64,000 bases of DNA from Azolla caroliniana (taxonomy: Eukaryota; Plantae; Polypodiophyta), in NCBI GenBank assembly GCA_043228905.1, contig JBHGNT010000022.1, positions 6,386,001-6,450,000 of the forward strand, written 5' to 3'. Below are positions 52,146-64,000 of the stretch, piece after piece. A program made the translations under genes and the position numbers. The notes under the pieces were generated by a model. That model ran no database searches, had not been told where the DNA came from, and saw only the letters and a program-made list of their open reading frames with translations. The first letter of the stretch is position 1, and the number at the start of each line of letters is the position of its first letter.

Positions 52146-55100
52146 TTATGCATGCTCGGATATGCCGGGAGGAAGTGAACATGGCATTAGACGTTGTTGG
52201 TGAGTTGTGCCACAAGAGGTCGTGTCATATGAACCAGAAGGAGATGCAGAGACTTGCCAAAGATAACTTCATTCTAGAGATAAAGGTGCAACTTGAGAAG
52301 TGCACCGATTGCTTGGCCCACAAGCAAAAACCAAACCTCTTTCCGGTTGAGACCACCGATGAGACGGAAGTCACCACTTGAATTTGTGCATACCAACGTA
52401 TGCCCCGTGGACATGAAGTCACATGCCGGATCACAGTACTTGGTGACCTTCATAGATGACCACAACCGGAAGTTGTGGGTCTCCATGTTGAAGACGAAGG
52501 ATCAAGTTCTATCCGTCTTTAAGGAGCTTCATGAGAGAGTCAAGAGAGAAACTAGCCGAAAGCTGGAAGCAGTTCGAGCGGATAATGGAGGCGAATACCG
52601 AGGGCAGTTCGAGGTGTACTACCAGTCGAAGGGAATCTGGCTCAAGTATAGTGTGCCGAAAAGTACAAAGCTTAATAGGCTGGCAGAGAGAATGAATTGG
52701 ACTGTAATGGAGAGAGTCTAGAGTATGCTTGCACATGCCAAGTTGTCCAAGACGTTCTGGGCTGAGGCGCTGATGACAACGACGTATGTGATAAATAGAT
52801 CATCCGCAACACCCTTGGACGGAGATATACCATAGAGAGTGTGGATTGGCAAAGACGTTTCGTACCGACATATGAAGGTGTTTGGTTGTCTTGCCTATGT
52901 GCATATCGCAAAGGACAAACGGGGAAAACTAGACTCGTAAACTCAGCCATGCATATTCCTTGGATATGGGAACGACAAGTTTGGCTACCGATTATGGGAC
53001 TTAGTTGACAAGAAGTTCATTCAAAGCCGAGACATAGTCTTCATGGAGGAAAAGACTATTGTCGATTGGGAATCTGAGAAGAACACATCCTCCCGAACAG
53101 TCGAAAGTCGACAACCGACTGAAGAACATGAAGAGTCAACCGAATTTGGGTCAACATTTCGAAGCCTGTCGGGAGCCAGATTTGGACAAGGAACTGGAAT
53201 GAATGAAGGACTGGACACCGAAATGGGACAAGACCCCGAATTGGATTCGGATGAAAAACCGAATTGGATCCTCCAAGGTACAAAACTCACATCGTGGTGA
53301 AGGCTTTCCTGTAGAATAAAGGAGTGGATTTTGACAAGATCTTTGCCGCAGTAGTGAAGATGACTTCCATTCGGAAGGTGTTGAGCATAACAGCAAGCAT
53401 GGACCTCAAGATCGAACAATTAGATGTCAAGACTGCATTCCTGCACGGTGACCTCGAGGAGGAAATCTACATGCAACAGCCAGAAGGATTCATTAAGAAA
53501 GGGAAGAAGAACCTAGTGTGCCGGTTGAAGAAGAGCTTATGCGGATTGAAGCAAGCTCCTTGGCAACAGTACCAGAAGTTCGATTCCTTTATGACCAACA
53601 AGGATAACACAAGGTGCAGGCCGACCATTGCGTGTTCGTGAAGAAGTTCGACGAAGTAGACTTCCTCATACTCCTGTTGTACGTGGACGACATAATGATT
53701 GTCTGACGAGATTGTATCAAAATCGAGATGCTAAAGAAGGCTTTGAGCAGGTTCTTCTCAATGAAATATATGGGTCCGGTGAAACAGATCTTGGGGATGC
53801 ACATAGTCCGGGACCGAACGAAGAAGCTATTGTGGTTGTCACAGGAGAAGTACGTGACAAAAGTTCTTCAAAGGTTCAGCATGGCAGATGGGAAGCCGAT
53901 CGAGTCGACACTTCCGACAAACTACAAGATGTCTAGGAAACAAAGTCCAAAGGCAAAGACGGGGAAAGCTGAGATGATGAAGTTACCATATGCCTCAATA
54001 GTAGGAAGCCTGATGTATGCAATGGTGTGTACCCGACCGGACATCCGATATGCAATCTGAGTGGTCAGCCAGTTCATGAGAAATCCGAGAAGAGAGCAGT
54101 AGGCCGTTGTCAAGTGGATACACCGTTACCTAAAAGGCACCTCATGAAGTTACCATATGCCTCAGCAGTAGGAAGCTTGATGTATGCAATGGTGTGTACC
54201 CGACCGGACATCCGATATGCAATCTGAGTGGTCAGCCAGTTCATGAGAAATCCGAGAAGAGAGCAGTAGGCCGTTGTCAAGTGGATACACCGTTACCTAA
54301 AAGGCACCTCACGTGGTGCCTCCGATTCGGCTCAGGTAAACCCCTCTTAGAAGACTTTACTAATTCAAACATGTCGGCTGATGTAGATACCAACCGGTTC
54401 ACATTCGGATATGTCATGATCTATGCGTGGGGAGCTGTATCGTGGCAGTCGAGGTTGTAGAAGTCCGTGGCACTATTGACAACGGAAGCGGAGTACATGG
54501 CGGTTGTAGAAGCCGACAAGGAAGTAACTTGGATGAAGGACTTCATCGGAGAGTTAGGGATCCGACAAGAGGAATTCCGTCACTACTGCGATAGTCAAAG
54601 TTTCATCCACCTTGCGAAGAACACGACCTACCACTCCAGGACCAAGCACATCCAAAGGAGATATCACTAGCTTCGAGAGAAGGTAGAAGATCCACATAGA
54701 GGAGAATGGGTCGGACATGTTGACCAAGGTGTTGTCTACTGAGAAGTTGGACGTGTGCCGGAGACGGATCAGATTGACAAGACATCCCATGGTGGAGTGA
54801 AGGGGGAGTTTGTTGGGAAATCGGTCCCTTCGGATGGGAACTGGATCAGCCAGATCGGATGAATCGAAGGAAGAAACCAAACCAGATGGATCCAGAAGGT
54901 ATTTGGTTGGATCTAGTGTGAACTAGAAGTAGGGACATATTAGTAAATATGCTCGGATGTGCCTATTGAGGCCATATTTGTAAATAGCCCTAAAGTTATA
55001 TAAGTATAAATATAAATAGGGCAATATGAACTAAATAGAGTTGTTATCATTGTCCAGAGTGTGTGAGACAAAGAGAGAGAGTGAGATACGAAAAGTTGTA

Positions 55101-55365
55101 TCTGTTGTAACCACCGGTTGGTGAAGCAATAAAGCTCAAGGTTGTTGCCTCTGAGTCTCTTCTTGTACATGTCTCCTCTCTAGTGATCTTGTTTGGAGTC
55201 TTAGAACTCTCGTGGTTTTGCCTCTTGAGGTTTTTGACGTTAACATACTGTGTCATCTCATTTCTGTGTAAGTGTATCAATCTCTATTTTTTGTTTTGAT
55301 TTCTTCCATTGTGCATTTGGATCTCGGTAATTATGGCTGAGAACGATTCCTCGCAGTAACTAACA
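52146..55365 (+). mobile_element. Ty1/copia family A 3' part: INT, partly deleted linker, RT, RH, PPT, 3' LTR 54811-55365
   Basis: VRADNGGEY, LDVKTAFLHG, GSLMYAMVCTRPDI, CDSQS..HLAKN; PPT GAAGGGGGAG before TGTTGGGAAATCGG. Confidence 0.9.
53977..54310 (+). repeat. 167-bp tandem duplication within copia RT
   Basis: ATGAAGTTACCATATGCC begins at 53977 and 54144; 3 substitutions between the copies. Confidence 0.9.
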
Positions 55366-56590
55366 CAGGTGATGCTATATACTTTAATGTGGATGATGAT
55401 GGTAGGTTGTGGCATGTATCGTCTGCATCAGATGTGTGGATGTCTGCCAATGTTTTAGCTATTCGAGTAGTTGCCAGATTTGGAAAAATATGTTTCTTGG
55501 ATCCACCCTTTCAAGAATGCTTATTGTGTTTCTAATTGTGCGTTTTTCAAAAAAAACCTCTTTAAATTTGGACTGGAATCCGGCTTATTATCAATGCAAA
55601 AAGCCGAGTCCTGGTGGAAATGGTAAACATTTGGAGTTTTTCCAATATTCTATTAAGCAATTTGTTGTTGCAATCAAAGTATAAATGTCGTGATGTCATG
55701 AAGCATTGGACCGCAAATAATTTGTATGCATTGCAACTTACCAAATTTTGGAAATGGTTGTGGAGTATGCAGTTACCGAAAAAAGTGATTTGTTTTCGTT
55801 GGTTGTTGATGCATCATGCTCTTCCTGTTGGTGATTGGTTGAGGCAAAATCAACAATATGCTTGTGGAATGCATTGTGGTGCATCTATGGAATCTATTTT
55901 GCATGTGTTTTGGTTATGTTCCAGGATCAAGCAATTTTGGAGTAAGATGTTTTTATTGCTGAGACAACATTATTCTCGCTCTATTTTCTCATGGGGTGTC
56001 CTTCATGGAGATGTTATGAAGTATGAAAGTAGGCATGCTTCTCATGTCTTTCACTTTTCCCATGTACACTTCTATCTCACCTCATTTCCATCTTCTATTC
56101 AATGGTTTAGAATTGAAAATTTAGTTATTTGGCGTACTATTACGTCATTGGCTCTTTGGATAATATGGAAAGCGAGATGTGATGTTGTTTTTAATAATGC
56201 TCACTTACATCTCCGCACCATGCTTATTGAATTCTGGTTTTTATTTGTTCATACACCACATGGTCAATATGATGATCTACAGGGTTCAACTAATGTTCTA
56301 TGGCAACGTCAACTGGCCTTTAAAAAACGATGGCAAGGGCTTCACTTATTTTCAGATACAACTTTTGGTTTGAGGTAGAATTATGCCATACCTTCTTTCT
56401 TGTTGCATAGCTCGGAGTTTTTGCTTCACTTGTTTCTTTAAGTTATATGATATCATCTGTTTGATTAGATGTTGGTACTAGCCTTTGTATCACAATAGAA
56501 GTGAGATAAAATGTCTCATTCTGTTTTCTCTATGTACATCTCTCAAGCAATATACTAAGGTGTATCTTTCTTTAAAAAGAAAAAGAAAAG
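55366..56590 (+). mobile_element. L1-type LINE 3' end (zf-RVT domain) with A-rich tail
   Basis: ORF 55614-56378: WKWLWSMQLPKKVICFRWLLMHHALPVG..C..C..ESILHVFWLC..W and LWIIWKARC..VF; A-rich run at ~56574-56590. Confidence 0.8.
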
Positions 56591-58929
56591 ATTTATGCAT
56601 TTGTGATATATTGTATCATGCTAGTACAAAAACATAAACAATCCCTTTGTAGTTTAGCACACAATAATGTCTCGATTATCTTTTACCAAATTATAATAAA
56701 CACATTTATTACTTCAAACTTTACAATTGCATCTAGTTTGGACGGAATCTTGTCACGTTGTCTCCATTATTTTTACCGCTCAACCCTTTTCACCAATATG
56801 ATGTCATGTGTGTTTCACGTTTTAAAAAAAGGATTTCTATTAATGTTTTGATGTTAATTCATAGGTCTAGAATGGTCAATTGGTGTACAAAATTATAAAA
56901 ATCAATTATATTTGTTGCGAATAGGAGGCATTGACCCATAACACATGGATTAGCTAGGGGTGCATTGTTTTATAGTATGTAAATTGGTGAATCTAAGGAA
57001 AAATGTTATTTGGGGTAGAGGGAGTAAAGATGCATCAATTTATAAGAACCAATATGTGTTGATTACAAGGCATAGACACATCATGTTTTTTAGTAGATTA
57101 GCCAAAAGAATTGCGGGATTAGCTACAAGTGCATCATATTATATTACGAAAATTGGAGAATCTCTTGGAATAGTTTTTGAAGTGAAGACACGTCACCTGA
57201 ACAAACAATGAGCTATTGTATGTCAATATCGACGTTAGCTCTAGGAGTTATCGTTAAAGGAACACGGTTATGACGGGCTTTAAAGAGTTTAAATAAACAA
57301 CAAATCGATAAGGATGTTTCATGTTGAATATGCTAACACAGAAAAAAAGAAAGTGTACAAACTCAAGGATTTTTATGTTGAACTGAAAGGGTTGAGATTT
57401 TGATGGTGCGCTCTAAGGCAAAAGGGATATGATAAAAAATTATCATTTTAAAGACACAAAACTGATAGATGTAAACACCATACTTTAGAGAGTTGATACA
57501 AAACACCTTTACCGCGCCGATCGAAAAAAGACATAACAATTTGGTTCTAGAAAAGTGACAATGTAAAACCTACAAAGAACAAGTCAACATAATATGATTT
57601 TACCATAAAGGTTACTCAAAGCTTTGCAGTTTCAAGTAGAAATATATAAAAACTAAAACACGAGGTGACGGCAGACAAGAAAATTAGGTGTAGCGCCGAA
57701 GGTTGGAGTTTCAAAAGTTTCAAAGTTTGTTCTAATGTTGTACAATTCCATCTTAGGATGGCCACTTGGTAAGTATCGATAAGAATAAAATTGTAAAGGC
57801 TAGCACTTAGAACACAATAGTTTTTGCTTAATTATGTTCCTTCTATGTTCACAATGAAGGGTATGCCAAATCAAGGACATGTATTGATCCAAAGGAATTT
57901 CCTAAAACTAGATTAATCACTTTCTCCTATGGAACAAGTCAAAAGATTTCAAAGACAAATAAATACAAAAATTTGTGTTCCAAATGGATTTGAGATAGGA
58001 AATGGTTTAGAAGATCGAATGCATCATATTTTCTCCATGAATGAGTTTTTCTATTTGATAATGCCTCAAAGTAAGGACTCTCTAATGCTAGTATTTTGAA
58101 TCCTTTGGTAGAAAATAGATGGGGGTAGTAAGGTGTGGTTGGATACATTATGTGGCTAAAGTAGGTGTTTTTGAGACATATAATAGAATCTTCGAAGGTC
58201 ATGAATACCCTATAAGCTTCAGAGAAGGACCAACACAATTGGGCCATTACAAAGATTTCCAATATGAGTTTGTATATCCTATTGAGAAACCAACTCATTA
58301 GTTTTTCATCTAACGTTTTGTCACTAGTTCAAATTGATGGTATAATCTTTTTGTATTCCTAATGTAGTCGTGCATTTCCTCTTTTGTGTGTGTGTGGTTG
58401 TGAAGAAGTTCCCAAGTTTGAGGACCACAATCTATTGCAATGTTGCTCCACCTTCAATTATATTCGAGCTTGCTTTCCTCGTCATTTTTCAGCTTTGACC
58501 TATTGCAATACCCATTTCTCTCTCATCCATAATGCACATTTTACAAGTGGAGTTTTCATATAAGTAAAGTTCTTGGATGTGGAGGTGAAAATGTTCGACT
58601 TTTGGTTGCATAGTAAATAAATTTTGTTCCCCGAGAATAAAAATGTGATCAATCTATCCACTTATGTATCAATGTGCGTGTTTGTGTGTGTGCGCGTGTG
58701 TGTGCGCGCTGTCAATCATGCCTAAACCTCTTTCCCTTTACTCCATTAGATCAATGAAAATCTAATCATCCCTCTGGGCCATAGCACTATGGTCGAATCC
58801 TCAACTTATCGGGTTTTAATAACAATGTATCCCTTTCCATCATTCGAATTAAAGAATGAGATGGATCCCAACGGGTAACACCTCAAATGAAGATAGATAG
58901 ATTGATATAGATCGATCAGAACAACGGGG

Positions 58930-59240
58930 TACGTGGAGGATTGAAGTGTATTTTTTATTATTTTATTCGGTTTTGGCGTTCTTGACGGAGGAGGGGGAAA
59001 GAAGAGAGACACACACACTTAATTTATTCTGACGTGGCTTGACACTATGTATAATGTGTATATATATATATATAAAAGACGCGGGGAGGGGGCTGTTTGG
59101 ACAGCTGGCGGTTGCTGAGTGCCACGTGCTTAGGGCCCACCTGACACGCGTCGGCTAAATAGCTCTCTGTCAACGCTAACCGAAACTGAAACCGACGATG
59201 AACAACTGATACTCCCCCCTCTACTATATATATAAACATA
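58930..59240 (+). promoter_or_regulatory. NCED promoter: ABRE/G-box (TACGTGG 58930, GACGTGGC 59031, GCCACGTG 59121), CE3-like ACACGCGTC 59144, DRE core ACCGAC 59191, TATA ~59224-59236
   Basis: Motifs visible 470-780 bp upstream of the NCED ATG; function inferred. Confidence 0.65.
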
Positions 59241-59708
59241 TATATAAACATATTTCTATCTATCTATCTATCTGTCTGCCTCCCCCACAAAACACTCTCA
59301 ATTAATTCTCTGCGTGTCTCTCTTTCACACACACACATATATATACACACATCCATCCATTCTCTTTTATGTATGTTTGTTTTTGTATATTTATCTGTCT
59401 TTTACTCTTCATTCCTCCACTCCAACAACTCCCTCCCATCAGAACCCCCTGCTACATCTACTTAAATAGCTACATACATACATACATACATACATACATA
59501 CATACATCCATACATAGCAGCAGGCTCTAGCTATAAGAAGAAGAACCCTTCCAATCCTCAAATACTGTCCTGTACTACTTCCATCTCTCATCTCAATTTG
59601 TTGTTTGTGTATATATACCTTTAACTCCCTTCCTTCCCTATCACCAGTCAGTCAAACGACTGCAAGTTTTTAGACATTGGTGGGTGGGATATACTTGATC
59701 CAATCCAA

Positions 59709-61649
59709 ATGAATCATCCACAATCAATCCAATTGGATTCCAATGTACTGCACATCAACATAGTTACCAATCCCAAGAAACAACGCAGGAACAATAATAT
59801 AGCAGCACCATCACAAGCACCATCATCTTCTACATTACCTTTCTGGCCTGCTGCCCCTTCATTCCCTTCCCTTACTTATACTTCAGCACCATCCCCATGC
59901 ACACACAGTAACCCCCTCCAATCTCTCTTCTCCTATGTCCTTGACACATTGGAGAAGACGTTCATCCACACACTTGAGCTTCCGGCTCCCGACAGCTGCT
60001 TCCCATCCACAGCTGACCCAAATGTCCAGCTCTCGGGGAACTTCTTCCCTGTGGAGGAACATGCCCCCTGCCACAATCTCCAGGTGGAGGGAAGGATCCC
60101 CGAGTCCCTCGTGGGCGGAGTGTACGTGAGAAATGGCGCGAACCCCATGTTCCCGCCCGTGGCCGGACACCACCTATTCGATGGCGACGGGATGCTCCAT
60201 GCCGTCTCCTTTACACATGGTGATGGTGATGGTGATGGTGATGGTGATGATAGAGATGGCAGTGGCGCCCTTGCCATAAGGACGAGCTACGTGAACCGGT
60301 TCACACGCACGCACCGCCTCCTCGAGGAGGTACGGCTGGGGCGGCCGTGCTTCCCCAAGGCCATAGGGGAGCTACACGGGCACAGTGGCATTGCAAGGCT
60401 GGCCTTGTTTCATGCGCGGAGTGCACTGGGGCTAGTGGACGGTGATCCTCGCAAAGGCATGGGAGTGGCCAACGCTGGCCTCGTATTCTTCGACGGCCAT
60501 CTCCTGGCCATGTCTGAGGATGATCTGCCTTATGTGGTGCACATCAACAATGATGTGGGTGGTGAGCTGGAGACCCTAGGCAGGTATGATTTCCATGGGC
60601 AGCTCGACAACTGTGGTGCCATGATAGCCCACCCCAAGGTGGATCCCCAAACAAGGGAGCTTGTTGCCCTCAGCTATGATGTGGTGAAGAAGCCTTACCT
60701 CAGGTATTTCAAGTTCTCGGCCGACGGCACCAAGGGCCCAGATGTTAGCATCTCCTCCATCCAAGGACCCACCATGATCCATGACTTCGCCATCACCAAG
60801 AACTACGTTGTCATCCCCGATCAACAAGTGGTGTTCAAGCTCCAGGAGATGCTTAAAGGAGGCTCGCCTGTGGTTCACGACAAGGAGAAGACGTCGCGCT
60901 TCGGGATCCTGCCCAGGGACGATCCCGACGATTCGCGGCTGGTGTGGGTCGATGTCCCCGACTGCTTCTGCTTCCATCTCTGGAATGCATGGGAGGAAAT
61001 GGAGGAAGGGAGCGGTGATGAGGTAGTGGTGGTCATTGCATCCTGCATGACCCCCGCCGATGGCATCTTCAACGAAACTGCTGCTTGTGAGCAGCCGCTC
61101 CGCAGCGTCCTCTCGGAGATCAGGCTCAACAAAACCACCAAACAAGTGGCTCGACGACGGACGATAGTCCCTTCGATGAACTTGGAGGCGGGGCAGGTGA
61201 ACCCGCGTTTCCTAGGCCGCAAGACCAGGTTTGCATACCTGGCTATTGCAGAGCCATGGCCCAGAGTTTCTGGCATTGCCAAGGTCGATCTTGTGAGCCA
61301 GAAGAGAGGAGGAGGAGGAGGAGGAATTGATGATGAGGCTCATGTGGTGGCCAAGTTCATGTACCCTCCAGGCTGCTATGGCGGGGAGCCTATGTTCGTG
61401 CCTAGGTCCAACTCCGACTCAGACGGACGGGGGGCGACAATGGCGGAGGATGATGGATATCTTCTGGTGTTCGTTCACAATGAGGCAACAGGGAAGTCGG
61501 AGCTTCTCATCTTAGATGCTAGCTCAGACGGCCCATCCATGGAGGCCATTGCATCCATCAAGCTACCTTCCAGAGTGCCTTATGGATTCCATGGCACCTT
61601 CATCTCCAAGGAGGAGCTCAAGCATCAAAAGGATAGACTGTACAATTAG
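59709..61649 (+). CDS. NCED: 9-cis-epoxycarotenoid dioxygenase (ABA biosynthesis), intronless, 646 aa, with an N-terminal plastid transit-like region
   Basis: [47 protein letters not shown], and four Fe-binding His ([22 protein letters not shown]); signatures favour NCED over CCD4; start codon not certain. Confidence 0.94.
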   Translation: MNHPQSIQLDSNVLHINIVTNPKKQRRNNNIAAPSQAPSSSTLPFWPAAPSFPSLTYTSAPSPCTHSNPLQSLFSYVLDTLEKTFIHTLELPAPDSCFPSTADPNVQLSGNFFPVEEHAPCHNLQVEGRIPESLVGGVYVRNGANPMFPPVAGHHLFDGDGMLHAVSFTHGDGDGDGDGDDRDGSGALAIRTSYVNRFTRTHRLLEEVRLGRPCFPKAIGELHGHSGIARLALFHARSALGLVDGDPRKGMGVANAGLVFFDGHLLAMSEDDLPYVVHINNDVGGELETLGRYDFHGQLDNCGAMIAHPKVDPQTRELVALSYDVVKKPYLRYFKFSADGTKGPDVSISSIQGPTMIHDFAITKNYVVIPDQQVVFKLQEMLKGGSPVVHDKEKTSRFGILPRDDPDDSRLVWVDVPDCFCFHLWNAWEEMEEGSGDEVVVVIASCMTPADGIFNETAACEQPLRSVLSEIRLNKTTKQVARRRTIVPSMNLEAGQVNPRFLGRKTRFAYLAIAEPWPRVSGIAKVDLVSQKRGGGGGGIDDEAHVVAKFMYPPGCYGGEPMFVPRSNSDSDGRGATMAEDDGYLLVFVHNEATGKSELLILDASSDGPSMEAIASIKLPSRVPYGFHGTFISKEELKHQKDRLYN

Positions 61650-62965
61650 TTAAATGGAGAAATCAATCAATCCGTGGGGTTTCGACTCACGGTCAGCATC
61701 ATAAGGAGTAGTAGTAGAATCAGTCATGATTAGCGTCGGAATCAGACAGGATTCGGACATTAATCGTGATTAGCATTCGGCTCATGTAAGATCTAATCCA
61801 ATCGCGAGGAGCAAAATTCTCATCCAACCAAAATTAGTGGAGTTGAGTTGGGGCGTGTATCTGATAGCCGCCCAATTCAATTAAAATCCACCAAGAAATT
61901 GATTTGTTTTGTGTGTGTTAGTGTGAGTGTGTATGTGTATGTGTGTATGTATGTGTGTGTGTGTATGTATGTATGTGTCCAAATATGTATGTAATTTGGA
62001 GGTCTTGAGTCTTTCTGATCAGTGTGATGGAGTACATATATACATATATATAGATGTATGTATGTACGTACATGACCACACTGTCGACCGACCTCTTTGG
62101 ATATTGTCCAAATTTTATTCAACTAACTTTGGAGGATCTCTTTGTGTAAGTTGGGAATTGTGATTATATATGTAATGATGATGATGCTAGAACAGCCATC
62201 CATCCATCGATTGTATATGTAAAGCTTTAGTTTAACGCCTATTCCTAGTCGCTTTTAACTATCTACGTCCTACATCCCCATGTGCACGGCATCACCCTCC
62301 ATTCAACACGTGGCAAAATCACATGGTTGGGCGCCCTCCCCCCATCTTCCGACTTCTTGTTTCCTAGACTTGGGTAATGCTCAACAAGCTTGAACCTTGC
62401 ATTTTGATTCTAGAATCATGGATCCATCGTTTGAGTGGTTGTGGTTATTTTAATCTCGACCTCGACTCTATAGAGAGCATGTCACGAATGATCCAAATAT
62501 TGGGATGTAGGGCCAAACAATCATGAAAAGCTGTCTTCTTTTAATAGAAGGGAACTTGAGCATACCAAAGATCACTTGGAGTCACCATTTCAAGGAAGCC
62601 AAAACTCCAAGAACGTTAGTTCTTTTATTTTGTTCTTTCTCTTAGGTTCTAGTGAGAAAAAGACATCTCTTGGAGAGTATGGGGAGACTAGTATATAAGA
62701 CAGAAGGGAACTTTGGGCTCTAAAATATTTTGGATGCATACTTGGTTTGTCTTAGGTTGTAAGTATGAATTGTTACTCTTCTTTGTCATTTTTCTTGTTG
62801 CTCAAGCAATGGACATCAATAAGCTTATAGCCCGACTTTGTTATATCCTTATTTTGTTGGTTCCTTTTTAGTCACACATTTAAACGAGGTGGGATGAGAC
62901 TTGAAGGAAATTCTCTCAAGGCTTAGTATAATTTAATTGTTGCAATTGACGAAATCTTCCGCATA

Positions 62966-63175
62966 AAAAAGGCTTTATGAGATTGTTGTTGCTCAAGGAA
63001 GTTGTTTTATGTAGGATAGTCTATATTTGACGAATTAAAAAGGTTTTATTACATTGTTGTTGCTCAAGGAAGTTGTTCTTCATAGGATATAGTATATTTG
63101 AGGAATAAAAAAGGTTGTATGACATTGTTTTTGTTCAAGGACTTTGTTCTTCATAGGATATAGTATATTTGACAA
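62966..63175 (+). repeat. Three tandem copies of a ~70-bp unit
   Basis: AAAAAGG..TAT.ACATTGTTGTTGCTCAAGGAAGTTGTT..TAGGATA..TATATTTGA repeated at ~62966, ~63037 and ~63107. Confidence 0.8.
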
Positions 63176-63179
63176 AGCA

Positions 63180-64000
63180 ACATAACGGAAACTAAAAATT
63201 CAATTTAGAGAACTTTATCGGGGAAAATGGTTTTAGTCTATAGGAGATGAAGTTGCTGATCTATTTGTACTTCAGCTTTAGTTTTGAAGAAAGACCCCGA
63301 TGATGATATGATAACAATGCTATGAATGGTTGAAGTTGGAAAGCTTGTAGATAAACCAATTCTGTTTGAAACAAAAAATTGCATACTCCTTGAATGCAAC
63401 AATAAATATAATACAAAGAATAATTTATAAAATATTGACCTCATAATTGAAGATTAACATCAAGCAATAATTCTATTATATTCCTTGCCAAATTCTTATG
63501 TTCATACTTTCATAATACAATGATGTATGAACTTCATAATCTTAGCTTGGATGAGACTAAGATAACCTTGCATTCCAAATATTTGAAGAAAAAGGTATTT
63601 GAAAGTACGAGTGAAGGTTTCAACAAGATTTTGATCCCTTCAATAATGGAGATAGATCCGGATCGAAATCTTGAACAAAGTCAAGAAAGAATAAATGCTT
63701 TCACTATTACAATAAGAGGCATCCTAACAAAGTTTTTCTAGGGTGTAAAATTGGCAGAAAGAAGGTTGTGACTTCAAATGCAATAATAGCACAAGGCGTA
63801 CAGAATGCCAAATTTCAGAAAGTTTCCAACCATGACTCAAAAAATGAATAGGTTCTTCACTTAATTCATTGTGTCTCCCTACGAATGATTGGGTTGTTAC
63901 ATATAAAGCCTTGGAAGGCAATGTTTTTGTTAGGAAATAACAAAGCGTCCAAGGTCATAGATATATAGACAATAGGCATCAATATGTATGATGAAATATC
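63180..64000 (+). mobile_element. Highly degenerate Ty1/copia gag-protease remnant
   Basis: Broken frames give WLKLESL, NIDLIIED..QAIILLYSLPNSY..NTMMY and FLLGNNKASKV. Confidence 0.6.

Noticed and set aside
29630-55365. Treating LTRs 29630-30168 and 54811-55365 as the two ends of one copia A element
   Set aside because: The LTRs are strongly diverged, the flanks ATTTA and CAGGT are not a TSD, and integrase/RT occur twice between them; these are two separate copies.
59883-61515. Antisense and alternate-frame ORFs over NCED and over the retroelement pol genes
   Set aside because: These are shadow ORFs of GC-rich coding sequence with no recognisable motifs.
62966-63175. CRISPR-like repeat array
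   Set aside because: The units are contiguous tandem copies without unique spacers, the context is eukaryotic and there are no cas genes.

Overview
Land-plant nuclear DNA; the retroelement lineages and gene style suggest a non-seed plant such as a fern or lycophyte, which is an inference. About three quarters of the window is nested, decaying LTR retrotransposons: two Ty3/gypsy elements (one inserted into the other), about ten Ty1/copia copies or fragments from at least four families, solo LTRs and a LINE 3' end. Three insertions have perfect TSDs and restore the host reading frame when excised. There are two intact host genes: PsbW (minus strand, one intron, G-box/I-box promoter) and an intronless NCED (plus strand, ABRE/CE3/DRE-rich promoter). 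The most notable find is at ~38.7-39.35 kb on the minus strand: a spliced, decayed gene fragment with the C-terminal motifs X-I-II of a bacterial-type beta-class N4-cytosine/N6-adenine DNA methyltransferase. The AT-rich repeat beside it recurs at ~24.6-24.9 kb, suggesting a mobile, transposon-borne amino-methyltransferase family. Also notable are a fungal-like gypsy lineage primed by tRNA-Trp with a tRNA-like Pol III module in its LTR, and an Athila/Phygy-like gypsy with a ~950-codon coiled-coil extra ORF and no clear PPT.
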